The notes: generated by a model not told the origin, from the sequence alone. A stretch of DNA of 32,000 nt from an uncultured Clostridia bacterium (GCA_964453645.1 CAYVRJ010000011.1:20294-52293), one strand, 5' to 3'; shown: positions 15,631 through 24,952, counted from the stretch's first letter. Translations and numbers: made by a program.

Positions 15631-16742
15631 ACGTCTTCTCCTTTTGCTGCCAACTCAACGGAGCGTTTAAAGACATCTAAAACCGAAGCACTGCCCGCCC
15701 GCATGGGATTGATGCGCAAGAAATACTCCACCCTATTTTCGTTTTCTCCGCTTAAGAATGTGCGGGATGCCTTGTAAAACATGGGGGGTATTTCATACTT
15801 GGATTCGGCACCCACCGGCCAAGTGGAAACCCCCAGCTTTGCCGCCTGTGCCATCACCCCGCTGGCGATGGGTTTTTCAAACTCCACCACCACAACTCTG
15901 GACTGCATATTGGCGATAAAGGCATTCTTTACCAGGTGTTGGCCGTTTGCCTTAAAGTCCATCATGGTTGCATAAATTTTATCTATCTCCCCCGCCTGTA
16001 TGGCCAGTGCAACAGGTGCGTTTACCAACCCCCGCAGGCATTCCATAGCCTCGTGGCCCTGCACTTTTGTGCCCCCCGAACCGGCACTCTTGGATATGGC
16101 CTCAACAATTTGAGACTTGCCCAGCACACAGCCGATCCCCTCTGCCCCCTGCAACTTAAACAGGGAGAAGGTTGTCACATCCGCACCTGCTTTGATTCCG
16201 TCGGTGTTGTCCTTAAAGATTGCATAGTTGTCGTCCACCACGGTTTTCACCCCCAACTTTGAGATGAGTTGAACCACCTCATCGAGAGAATATGAATCTG
16301 TAAGCAACTGCCTCGAGTGCTGGATCACCGCTGCCACGGGTTTTTCTTGGGTGATCACTCTTTCTAAGTTCGAAAGATCGTTAAAATCTGCAAAGACCGT
16401 TTGCAGCCCCATGCACTGGATGGTGTGTTCGGTGGTGGGATAGATGGCTGCACGGTGGAGTAAAATCTTCTCCCCCGGCGTTATCACACTCTCCAGGGCA
16501 CAGCGAATGGCTCCCGTTCCGGCACCCCGCACCAGCGCACACCCTTCAGCCCCAAAGAACTCCGCGAGCACCTTTTCGGCCCTGCACGTTTGTGCAGGTT
16601 TGCCGTTTACAGCAAGGCCCAGATCTCCCAGGGATAAAAAACTGCCGTCGGTAAACTGCTTTTGAATGCACTCCACCAGTTTGAACTGAAGGGCGATCGC
16701 CTCGTCCACGCTCAATTTTCCCAATTGTCCCGTCATACTCAC
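15621..16742 (-). CDS. yhfS: YhfS family PLP-dependent aminotransferase/lyase-like protein
   Basis: 373 aa. FFGAEGCALVRGAGTGAIRCALESVITPGEKILLHRAAIYPTTEHTIQ...TVVDDNYAIFK...GADVTTFSLFKLQGAEGIGCVLG. Confidence 0.82.
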   Translation of the reverse strand: MSMTGQLGKLSVDEAIALQFKLVECIQKQFTDGSFLSLGDLGLAVNGKPAQTCRAEKVLAEFFGAEGCALVRGAGTGAIRCALESVITPGEKILLHRAAIYPTTEHTIQCMGLQTVFADFNDLSNLERVITQEKPVAAVIQHSRQLLTDSYSLDEVVQLISKLGVKTVVDDNYAIFKDNTDGIKAGADVTTFSLFKLQGAEGIGCVLGKSQIVEAISKSAGSGGTKVQGHEAMECLRGLVNAPVALAIQAGEIDKIYATMMDFKANGQHLVKNAFIANMQSRVVVVEFEKPIASGVMAQAAKLGVSTWPVGAESKYEIPPMFYKASRTFLSGENENRVEYFLRINPMRAGSASVLDVFKRSVELAAKGEDVCF

Positions 16743-16763
16743 AATGTTTCCTCTTTATCTCAT

Positions 16764-18008
16764 TTAAATTAAAAATCCAAACAACCCCTGTGTAACGTTT
16801 TGAAGCAGCCAGATGCAGATCAGTGCGATTAAGCAAACGCTGATCTGAGGAATTTTTTTACTCTTGGCGTTGAGCATATATGCCCCGATGATGATGGCTG
16901 TGCCCAAGTAGCTCCCCATGGAGAGAGTTGCCACAATGCACCCCCCCAGAAGTGCGTAGTTAAGCACACTAAACCCTACCTGCCGAATGTTTTCCGCAAA
17001 CTCCTTGAGCTTTGGCCGATTTTCAAACAATCGTGCAAGGGTAAAGGTTCCCACCGTTTCCAACAGTGCAACCACTCCCCCAGCCAGCAATGCCGCCACT
17101 GGCCCACCCCAGGCAAAAAAACCTGCTGCGGTGGCCAAACCCAACCCATCCGCTGCCAACACCCCCGAAGTAACGGCAGTGAGGGACTTGATGGGCAAAA
17201 AGGAGAGTGCCCGCACCAACGATATGCTGCCTGCACCGAGGGTGTTGCTGCCAGCAGCAGCCAGCAGACTTTGGGGGCCTTCTGCCAAAAGCCCCAAATA
17301 AACTCCAAGGGCGATCAGTCCACCCATGGCAATTGTATAGGGCAAACCCCTCAACACTCTCTTTTTGTTTTGTAAAAATAAATCCACCACCGACATTTCG
17401 GGTTTGGTGCTGCCCCCAAAAAAGGCAAACAGCACGGCAACGAAAAATCCGGCTAAAATTCCATAGTCGAACCCCAAGGTGTACCCACAGGTTATGGAAC
17501 ACACTGCCGTTGCAAGGGCCACCCACTTGCCCATGGTGTTATAGATGGCGAGTACACAAACAGCCAAAAACCCAACGGTCACAACGGGTGCCAGGATCAC
17601 CGTCACCTTGCCAATCCCTATGGGCAACCCACGGAATAACTCGTGCAGAACCAAGAGACAGAGCTTGAGCAGTGCGGCAAATCCCCCGCCCAACAGTGCG
17701 GCAACAGCCGTATTCTTGCACCGTGCCCCGATTAGGTCGGTAAACAGGAATATCAAGTGAATCAAAATATAACCCGAAAGGATGGAAAAGGGCAATCCGA
17801 TCAACAGCCCTGCACCCACCGAAACGGGCAGTGCATTTTTTAACCAATCACTTCTTGGAATACTACCCTTTGCCACTTCGGCGGCATAGGTGCGGTTTCC
17901 GTCGTGAAATACCGCAATACACCGCTGGCTCATAAACGCAGCTAGGGCGCCTATGGCAAACAAAACGGACAGTGTGATTAAATTTTGGCTTCCAAAAAGT
18001 GCGTTCAA
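16764..18008 (-). CDS. yhfT: YhfT family multi-TM membrane protein
   Basis: 414 aa polytopic. FMSQRCIAVFHDGNRTYAAEVAKGSIPRSDWLKNALPVSVGAGLLIGLPFSI; position between yhfS and yhfU. Confidence 0.82.
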   Translation of the reverse strand: MNALFGSQNLITLSVLFAIGALAAFMSQRCIAVFHDGNRTYAAEVAKGSIPRSDWLKNALPVSVGAGLLIGLPFSILSGYILIHLIFLFTDLIGARCKNTAVAALLGGGFAALLKLCLLVLHELFRGLPIGIGKVTVILAPVVTVGFLAVCVLAIYNTMGKWVALATAVCSITCGYTLGFDYGILAGFFVAVLFAFFGGSTKPEMSVVDLFLQNKKRVLRGLPYTIAMGGLIALGVYLGLLAEGPQSLLAAAGSNTLGAGSISLVRALSFLPIKSLTAVTSGVLAADGLGLATAAGFFAWGGPVAALLAGGVVALLETVGTFTLARLFENRPKLKEFAENIRQVGFSVLNYALLGGCIVATLSMGSYLGTAIIIGAYMLNAKSKKIPQISVCLIALICIWLLQNVTQGLFGFLI

Positions 18009-18009
18009 A

Positions 18010-18357
18010 TTAGTTTACCGCCTTAGCAAAGGCGCCCACAGCGCTCTGCATTTGATCTGCGGCAAAACCAAAGGCAACCACTCCCTTTTGAACCAACTGG
18101 GCCACATCGGCCTCGTCGGCTGGTTTGCCGGGTGCGGCAATGGTCTTTGCCTTGTCCATTCCCAGCAGGGCCACTGCCATGGCAACTGCTCCCCCGCCGG
18201 TGTGGCACGCACCCAAATAGTACTCCGCCTTGTTTTGTTTGAGTGCCATTGCGGCATCCAAATCGCTCAGAATTTCTATTTCACAATTGGGTATGGCTGT
18301 TAAAACCAGCTCGGCAATGGCCTGTTTTTCCACCTGTCCGCCAATCACGATCTTCAT
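18010..18357 (-). CDS. yhfU: YhfU family protein (DUF2620)
   Basis: 115 aa. MKIVIGGQVEKQAIAELVLTAIPNCEIEILSDLDAAMALKQNKAEYYLGACHTGGGAVAMAVALLG; synteny. Confidence 0.82.
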   Translation of the reverse strand: MKIVIGGQVEKQAIAELVLTAIPNCEIEILSDLDAAMALKQNKAEYYLGACHTGGGAVAMAVALLGMDKAKTIAAPGKPADEADVAQLVQKGVVAFGFAADQMQSAVGAFAKAVN

Positions 18358-18359
18358 TG

Positions 18360-20387
18360 CTATTTACTCTCCCACGTTATCAATATATTGTTTAAATTGT
18401 CCACTTCAAAGGCATCTCCCTCATCCACCAGCACCGTGGTATCCATCTGTTCGATGATGCAGGGGCCAACACCCTTGTATCCGCTTTTCAGTTCCTCCCG
18501 GGCAAAAACGGGCACCGTCTTATCCATACCCCGCAAGCAAACCCGCCTGGTGCCTATGGGCTTTGCGTCCCCCGAGGCACAGCCGTCTCCGCCAAGTTCA
18601 ATCTTTTGCAGCAGCCCAAACCCTGCAACTCGAATGTTTACCAGTTCCAGCGGTGCGGTTAATTCCGAAGAATATCCAAAGGACTTTTGATGCAGTTCCT
18701 TAAATTTGCGGGCAATGGCCTTATAGTCCGAGATATCCTGCTCTTCAATCTGCATGGTCAACTCGTGAGTCTGGGCGGCATAACGCAGATCCAAATACAT
18801 TGTTATCCTTTGTTTATTTTGCTCAAATCCCGACTGTTTTAAATCCCCACAGGCTTGCTCCACCAGAGTGGAGAACTCTTCACCCAACTGCAAAGAGGAG
18901 ACGTCGGATAAATTTTTAATGATACTCTTTACGTAATCGTAGCGCACATCACTCATCAACAGCCCCATAGCGGCTGTGATACCCGGATAGCGGGGAACGA
19001 TCACTTTTGTCATACCCAAGTTCTTGGCAACGTCCACTGCTTGCAGCGGCCCCGCACCGCCGCAGGCGAACAGCGCAAACTCCCGGATATCGAAGCCCCT
19101 GTTCATAGTTAAGCGGCGAATGGCGTTGCAGATGTTGTTGTTTACGATATCGATCATACCCTGGGCAGCAGCATTGGTGTTTAACTTCAAGGGTTTTGCA
19201 ATCTTTTCATCGATCCTCTTTTCGGAAAGGGAAGCGTTGATGGCAAACTTTCCGCCCAGCAAGTATTCTCGGTTTAATCTGCCCAAGTGTACGTTGGCAT
19301 CCGTTAGCGTTGGGTTTTCACCGCCCTGATCATAACACACCGGACCGGGCATTGCACCCGCCGATTGGGGGCCCATGTTGAGCATTCCCCCCCTGTCTAT
19401 GTGGGCAATGGTTCCGCCCCCCGCTCCAATGGTGACCACGTCGATGATGGGCAGGTGTACCACCGTTCCAAATTCAATCTCCTGTTCGTCCCGGGTGAGC
19501 AGTTCACCGTTGCATACGATGGCGATATCCGTGCTCGTTCCCCCGATGTCGATGGAGACCACGTTTTCTTCCCCAATTGCACTGCAAATGCCTTTTAGGG
19601 CAATGGCTGCCGCCGCAGGGCCGGAGAGCAGGGAACGGGGTGCAATCTTTTCCACGGGGAAAGCAGGGGCAACACCTCCGTTGGAGAGCATGAGTAAAAG
19701 TTCTTTTGAATACCCACGCTGTTTCACTTCATCATATAATACCGAGAGATAATTTTCAAGCAAAGGCCCCACATATGCGGCCACACTCACCGTGCTCATG
19801 CGCTCAAACTCCCGCCACTCGCAGAGCAACGTGTTAGAACAAGTGACGTATAAATCCGGAAATTCCTCCAAAATCCACTTCTGTGCCGTCAGTTCGTGCT
19901 GAGGGTTTGCGTACGAGTTAATAAAACAGATGGCGATGGCTTTGATTCCATCTTCCCATAATTTCTTCACAAGACCTATGAGCTCTTCCCGATTGAGGGG
20001 CTTAATCACGTTACCCCATCCGTCAATGCGCTCATCCACCTCCGTGCGGTACTTGCGGGTTATCAGCTCTTCGGGCTGATCCCACTGCAAGTCGTAGAGC
20101 ACACCTCTGGTGGTTCGCCGAATTTTCAGCACATCCCGAAACCCCTTTGTGGTGATTAGGGCCACACTGGAACCGTTTTTCTCGATGACTGCATTGGTGG
20201 CAACAGTGGTGCCGTGGAGGAATAAATCCACTTCTTTTAAGTCATATCCGCTTGCGTTCACAGCGTTCATAACGCCTGTGCGCTGGTTTTTGGGCGTGGA
20301 ATGCACTTTATGTACGGTGATTTCGCTGCCATTATAAAATATTCCGTCGGTGAACGTTCCGCCCACATCGATTCCGATTAGTTTCAT
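18360..20387 (-). CDS. hyuA: Hydantoinase/oxoprolinase family protein, HyuA-type
   Basis: 675 aa. MKLIGIDVGGTFTDGIFY...LHGTTVATNAVIEKNG...VSIDIGGTSTDIAIV...GAGGGTIAHID. Confidence 0.92.
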   Translation of the reverse strand: MKLIGIDVGGTFTDGIFYNGSEITVHKVHSTPKNQRTGVMNAVNASGYDLKEVDLFLHGTTVATNAVIEKNGSSVALITTKGFRDVLKIRRTTRGVLYDLQWDQPEELITRKYRTEVDERIDGWGNVIKPLNREELIGLVKKLWEDGIKAIAICFINSYANPQHELTAQKWILEEFPDLYVTCSNTLLCEWREFERMSTVSVAAYVGPLLENYLSVLYDEVKQRGYSKELLLMLSNGGVAPAFPVEKIAPRSLLSGPAAAAIALKGICSAIGEENVVSIDIGGTSTDIAIVCNGELLTRDEQEIEFGTVVHLPIIDVVTIGAGGGTIAHIDRGGMLNMGPQSAGAMPGPVCYDQGGENPTLTDANVHLGRLNREYLLGGKFAINASLSEKRIDEKIAKPLKLNTNAAAQGMIDIVNNNICNAIRRLTMNRGFDIREFALFACGGAGPLQAVDVAKNLGMTKVIVPRYPGITAAMGLLMSDVRYDYVKSIIKNLSDVSSLQLGEEFSTLVEQACGDLKQSGFEQNKQRITMYLDLRYAAQTHELTMQIEEQDISDYKAIARKFKELHQKSFGYSSELTAPLELVNIRVAGFGLLQKIELGGDGCASGDAKPIGTRRVCLRGMDKTVPVFAREELKSGYKGVGPCIIEQMDTTVLVDEGDAFEVDNLNNILITWESK

Positions 20388-22111
20388 GCTCTCCCCCTCA
20401 TCTGCTCTCTCAAGGTTTGGGTGGCTGCAACGTCAATTGTGCCCTCCCGTATGACAACGCCGTAACACTCCTCTGCGTGACTAAGCGTGATATATCCCTG
20501 TGTATAATCGTCCAACACCTTCTCTACATCTCTGTTCAGGGGATCGCCGTAACCACCCCCGCCGGCAACCAAGATGGTCACTTCGTCTCCGGCTTGAATT
20601 TGGTATCCCGATGCTTTTAAGGTGAGGTTTATCTCGTTTTCCTTACCCATGTTGAGTTTCAGCCCTTGGTGTAGGGCCTCTTTTCCCCCAAACAATCCCC
20701 AGGGCGGATAAATCTCCCGATCGCCTAAGGCGGTGAGTTTTGCAGTACCCCTGGTTAAAATAAAGGATTTTATAGAACCGTTGCCCCCCCTGTGCTCTCC
20801 CGGCCCACCGGAATTTTCCCGCAACGACCACTGGGTGAACAGCATGGGGTATTTGCGCTCGAACACCTCCACAGGGGTGATCCTCGCCCCACCGCCGAAC
20901 AGGGAGACCAGTCCGGCCGAACCGTCTTTGGTGGCTCTGCCCCCAAAACCGCCCTCGCTGAACAGATAGGCCACGTAATATCCGCTGGTCTCCTCGTCGT
21001 TGCCCCCAATGGTCAAGTTGATCAATCCGTGGGGACAGCCGGTGGATTTTTCGGGCACGGCCTGTGCCAATGCCCCTAGACACACCCCAATTACCTTCTC
21101 GTACACCGTTGCCGCCATGGCACTAATGGCCGCTGGCGGACAGGCGTTCACCACTGTTGCCTGGGGTATTACAAAATCTACGGGCAGGAAGCACCCGTAG
21201 TTCATGGGAATATCGGGAAATAGGGATTTAATCGTCACGATGACGGCTGAAACTGTGGAGGAATAGGTGGAATTCGCTGCACTTCTTGTTTGAGGATCGC
21301 AGTCCGAAAAGTCAAACTTCATCCTGTTGCCGCAAACTGTCATGGTAACGGCAATCTTCACAGGGTCATCGCTGTATTTGCTCTCTTTGTCCATGTATTC
21401 ATAAAACGAATACGTCCCGTCGGGCACGTTTTCGATCTCTTTTTCCAGCATAATTCTTGCGTATTCAATGGTCTTTTCCATGTATGTGAGAATGGTTTCC
21501 TTGCCGTACTTTTGGGCAAGCTCCAGTATCCTCTGTGCACCAATGTTAACAGACGAAATCTGGGAGGCTAAATCTCCCTTGCGCTCCCAAGGTAAGCGTA
21601 CATTTGCTAAAATAATGTTCTCGATTCCCTCCTGCATCACCCCTTTTGACACAATTTTAACAGGGGGTATGCGTATGCCCTCTTCAAAGTGTTCCTCCGC
21701 AACCGAAGATAAACTGCCGGGTGTCGCACCACCCACGTCGGCCCAGTGGCCTGCAATGGCTGCAAAGCCAATCCGCTCCCCTTCATAAAACACGGGGCAG
21801 ATGACCTCCACGTCGTTAAAATGGGTTCCCCCAACGAAAGGGTCGTTGTTGATAAACACATCCCCTTCACAAATATCGTTTTTATATTTTTCCACAATGT
21901 AACTGACCGAGTATTCCATCATCGTGACGAATACGGCCAGATCGGACTCCCCTTGGGCGATTAAGTGCCCATCCCTGTTAAAGAGTGCTGCGCCGATATC
22001 CCTTCCCTCTGTGATGACGGCCGAGTATGCAGAGCGAAACATGTTTATGTTCATCTCATCCGCAATGCTCTTAAAAGCGCTCTGCAATACCGAAAATGTA
22101 ATGGCATCCAT
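20384..22111 (-). CDS. hyuB: Hydantoinase B/oxoprolinase family protein, HyuB-type
   Basis: 575 aa. EMNINMFRSAYSAVITEGRDIGAALFNRDGHLIAQ...GDVFINNDPFVGGTHFNDV...ENSGGPGEHRGGNGSI...LVAGGGGYGDPLNRD. Confidence 0.93.
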   Translation of the reverse strand: MDAITFSVLQSAFKSIADEMNINMFRSAYSAVITEGRDIGAALFNRDGHLIAQGESDLAVFVTMMEYSVSYIVEKYKNDICEGDVFINNDPFVGGTHFNDVEVICPVFYEGERIGFAAIAGHWADVGGATPGSLSSVAEEHFEEGIRIPPVKIVSKGVMQEGIENIILANVRLPWERKGDLASQISSVNIGAQRILELAQKYGKETILTYMEKTIEYARIMLEKEIENVPDGTYSFYEYMDKESKYSDDPVKIAVTMTVCGNRMKFDFSDCDPQTRSAANSTYSSTVSAVIVTIKSLFPDIPMNYGCFLPVDFVIPQATVVNACPPAAISAMAATVYEKVIGVCLGALAQAVPEKSTGCPHGLINLTIGGNDEETSGYYVAYLFSEGGFGGRATKDGSAGLVSLFGGGARITPVEVFERKYPMLFTQWSLRENSGGPGEHRGGNGSIKSFILTRGTAKLTALGDREIYPPWGLFGGKEALHQGLKLNMGKENEINLTLKASGYQIQAGDEVTILVAGGGGYGDPLNRDVEKVLDDYTQGYITLSHAEECYGVVIREGTIDVAATQTLREQMRGRA

Positions 22112-22135
22112 GTGTGTTCCCCTTTGGTTTTTTAT

Positions 22136-22176
22136 AAGAGCCTGTGAACTTATACACTACCCATCCACAGGCTCTT
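22136..22176. repeat. Intra-operonic inverted repeat between permease and hyuB (coordinates within about 1 nt)
   Basis: AAGAGCCTGTG ... CACAGGCTCTT, 11-bp perfect arms, 19-nt loop. No T-tract on the coding (minus) strand side. Confidence 0.75.
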
Positions 22177-22199
22177 TTATGTTTTTAAATACGTCTGCT

Positions 22200-23492
22200 T
22201 TATTTTTTCTTGATCAAGGAGAGGATGAAGTACAGCGCTCCGCCCACTACCAAGCTGTTAATACCCGAAACGCCGATGGCAGAACCGAAGATATATCCGC
22301 CAAAGATGTTGCTGGCCGTTAAGAAATCCACCAGAATGGCCACAACCCAGCTAATCACTGCAATGGCGTTAAAATCAACGATATTTTCGGATTTGTTGGG
22401 TACGTTCTTTTTCACAAAGAAGTAGTCAATGGCAATGATGGCGCCGATGGGCGGAATCAGCATTGCTAAAATGCCCAGGTAGGCGAACAGGTTTGTGTAT
22501 ACGCCCGATGCGGCAATGATGGCACCGATCACAACGGTGATGATGGTGAACACATACTTTGGCGCCTTAAACATTTTGGAGCAAGCCAGACCGGCAGAGT
22601 ATACGTTGTTGTCTCCCGAAGTCCACGAGGAGATGAGCAGCAGCAGGAAACCAACCCACATGAGCACCGGGCCACCGGCACTAACGATAACCGTTACCAA
22701 ATCTCCCATGCCCGTGCCCTTCACGGCAACAGCACCCAAGGAGACGAACAGGAAAAAGCCCAGTCCAAAGGAGATGAGTGATGCAAGGGCAGATTTTTTG
22801 CCGGGGATACTATATCTCGTTACGTCGCTCACCAGAGTTGCACCCACTGCAAAGATTCCGATGGTGCCGGTGATCGCCAACCCAAAGGGCATAGCTTCGC
22901 CAACCGGCGCAAGTGCGCTGATGGCATCCCAGCCGCCGCCCTGGTTCACGCCCAGCGTTGCGGCATAGATAAACAATGCCAGCATGGGCAGCACAGAGAT
23001 TTTGCTGAGCATGGAAACGCCCTTAAAGCCGAACAGGGAAGACGTACCCATGACGATTGCAAACAGGATACCGCCCCAGACCGCAAAACTTCCCGGTTCT
23101 GCGCCGAACACACCCTCCAAGCTCATGACAAACACGCCCACGACCACGCCGTAGAAGATGATGTTTGCCAAAGCCATTGCAACGGAAACGATGTTCGCAC
23201 CCTTGTCTCCAAAGGCGATTCTCGACAACATCGCTGTGGACACACCCTCTTTGGCTCCGGCAACAGCCAGCGGCATGGAATATAAGCCCAGAATGAGTGC
23301 ACCGATGAAAATAGCGGCTAATGCCGAGCCAAGCGTCATTTGGGAAGCAATACTTCCCCCCGTAATTGCAGGAGTTGGGTTAATAACCCACGCCATCAAC
23401 ACGGCAACAATGGCCCACAGTCCTTTTCTTTCGGACAACGGCACAACATTGAGTTCGTTGTCTGAAAACAGTTTTGGTGTTTTTTTAGACAT
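22200..23492 (-). CDS. NCS1 family cytosine/purine permease (CodB-like)
   Basis: LSERKGLWAIVAVLMAWVINPTPAITGGSIASQMTLGSALAAIFIGALILGLYSMPLAVAGAKEGVSTAMLSRIAFGDKGANIVS. Start MSKKTPK at 23492 preferred over tracked 23540. Confidence 0.85.
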   Translation of the reverse strand: MSKKTPKLFSDNELNVVPLSERKGLWAIVAVLMAWVINPTPAITGGSIASQMTLGSALAAIFIGALILGLYSMPLAVAGAKEGVSTAMLSRIAFGDKGANIVSVAMALANIIFYGVVVGVFVMSLEGVFGAEPGSFAVWGGILFAIVMGTSSLFGFKGVSMLSKISVLPMLALFIYAATLGVNQGGGWDAISALAPVGEAMPFGLAITGTIGIFAVGATLVSDVTRYSIPGKKSALASLISFGLGFFLFVSLGAVAVKGTGMGDLVTVIVSAGGPVLMWVGFLLLLISSWTSGDNNVYSAGLACSKMFKAPKYVFTIITVVIGAIIAASGVYTNLFAYLGILAMLIPPIGAIIAIDYFFVKKNVPNKSENIVDFNAIAVISWVVAILVDFLTASNIFGGYIFGSAIGVSGINSLVVGGALYFILSLIKKK

Positions 23493-23540
23493 ATTTTTTC
23501 CTCCTTCGCCATTTTGGCAATTAGAAAAATATAAAATCAA

Positions 23541-23903
23541 TTAATTTCCCAAAATAAGCACGTAGAGTAGGATAAAGACTGCTTCATCACTGACTCCCTG
23601 TGTGCTGACGTTATACCCCTCGTACACTTTTTTGACGATGGTTTCAATATCCTTGCGCTTTTGGCCGTGGACTTCAATTTCGTTTAAAACTTGGGGGGTA
23701 GGTTTGCTGCACTCACCTTTTAATATGCGGTTGCTGGCCAACAAAATATGGTTGATCATCGAACCCGCGTTACTCTCGGTTAGTTCCATGTTGAGATATG
23801 TGCCCAGGCCGTGTAGAATCTTCATGGTTATGTCCACACTTTGTTGTGTCACCAAACCCGCTTCTAGTAACAGATTGATCCTGTTTTGAATCCCTTCGTC
23901 CAT
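23541..23903 (-). CDS. Stand-alone PRD-domain protein, YhfY-like
   Basis: 120 aa. IQNRINLLLEAGLVTQQSVDITMKILHGLGTYLNMELTESNAGSMINHILLASNRILKGE, a PTS regulation domain. Position next to yhfZ matches yhfY. Confidence 0.75.
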   Translation of the reverse strand: MDEGIQNRINLLLEAGLVTQQSVDITMKILHGLGTYLNMELTESNAGSMINHILLASNRILKGECSKPTPQVLNEIEVHGQKRKDIETIVKKVYEGYNVSTQGVSDEAVFILLYVLILGN

Positions 23904-23918
23904 GTTTTACACCCTCCG

Positions 23919-24839
23919 TTAATATTTGGGCAGCATCTTATCTTCAATAATCTGCCGCTGAATCTCTACTACACGACCTACGTCGATCACTTCGTTTAAG
24001 ATATAGTGCTGATGGAGTTTTTCCTTTAAGCACACGATCACCGCTTCGGTGTCCATTTTCAACATGTCGCTGGGCAAGTTAAGTTCGATGCACTTTAATT
24101 GGGAAAAGCGCTCCTGCGCCTCATCGCCGTTCCAAACGGCCACGTCCACCTCACCCAAATCCAATTTCTTGATCAACTGGTTGTAGGGGCATTTGATAAA
24201 CTCCGCCTGTGCGTCCTTGAGCCACTGCTGGGTCATAAACATTTGGTCGATGGAGTTTGGATCCACCGCCACCCGTATGCCGTCGAAGGGTTCACCCGAG
24301 AAACCGTCTCGCAAAATGATGGCATGGCCGCCAACATAGGAACCCGATCCAAAGCCCATTGCAATCTCCAACCCCTCGTCCCGCTTCATGGCCTCCACAG
24401 CCGCCAAGTGGGAGCAAACCGCAAAATCGTATCTGCCCGCCAGCACGCCGCTAATTCTCGCATCCGATCCCCGCTGATAGGCTAAGTTAAACTCGATATC
24501 CGCACTTTCAAATTCGGTATAGAGGGCTGTTGCCAGCCCCTCGTACCGCTTGGAATAGGGAAGGGGCATTGTGCCAAAAATCGAGGAAAATCCCGCAATG
24601 TTAAACAGCTTTTTCTTGTGAATGTCCGTGATGAAGGTGCCCGTATGCCCTGTGGCTTTTAGGGCAACGCCTCCGTTTTCCTTTAAAAAAGCCAGTGCGT
24701 TTTGAACCGTTCCCCTGCCCACGCCAATGTCCTTGGCAAAGTCCTCGACCCGGGGAATCTTGTCGCCTATCTTCATACTCAAAAACATTCCGGCAATTTG
24801 CTTGACTGCAATGCCGTTGTTTGTTATTAGCTTGCTCAT
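23919..24839 (-). CDS. yhfZ: YhfZ family transcriptional regulator (GntR-type HTH plus solute-binding-like domain)
   Basis: 306 aa. IAGMFLSMKIGDKIPRVEDFAKDIGVGRGTVQNALAFLKENGGVALKATGHTGTFI...FNIAGFSSIFGTMPLPYSKRYEGLATAL. Confidence 0.83.
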   Translation of the reverse strand: MSKLITNNGIAVKQIAGMFLSMKIGDKIPRVEDFAKDIGVGRGTVQNALAFLKENGGVALKATGHTGTFITDIHKKKLFNIAGFSSIFGTMPLPYSKRYEGLATALYTEFESADIEFNLAYQRGSDARISGVLAGRYDFAVCSHLAAVEAMKRDEGLEIAMGFGSGSYVGGHAIILRDGFSGEPFDGIRVAVDPNSIDQMFMTQQWLKDAQAEFIKCPYNQLIKKLDLGEVDVAVWNGDEAQERFSQLKCIELNLPSDMLKMDTEAVIVCLKEKLHQHYILNEVIDVGRVVEIQRQIIEDKMLPKY

Positions 24840-24889
24840 ACCGCACCTAAGTTCTTATATATATTTATTTTATCTTTGGAGGTTTTAAC

Positions 24890-24940
24890 AATATACAGTA
24901 AACTGTATATTCATTATATCACGGCCATCGCTTTTGTCAA
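24890..24940 (-). promoter_or_regulatory. yhf operon promoter with perfect palindromic operator
   Basis: Minus strand TTGACA (24935-24940) - 16 nt - TATAAT (24913-24918), then a perfect 22-bp inverted repeat AATATACAGT-AA-ACTGTATATT (24890-24911). Confidence 0.88.
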
Positions 24941-24952
24941 GTTTTTTATTAA

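Noticed and set aside
19375-19752. 125-aa plus-strand ORF within hyuA
   Set aside because: Antisense reading of the conserved HyuA GAGGGTIAHID/DIGGTSTD region, with no independent evidence.
20643-21083. 146-aa minus-strand ORF inside hyuB
   Set aside because: Alternate frame within well-conserved HyuB coding sequence, with Arg/Gly/Trp-rich shadow composition.
23158-23544. 128-aa plus-strand ORF opposite the NCS1 permease
   Set aside because: Mirror ORF of a membrane protein gene with high Ala/Gly/Met bias and no supporting signals. The same applies to the 22495-22968 plus-strand ORF.
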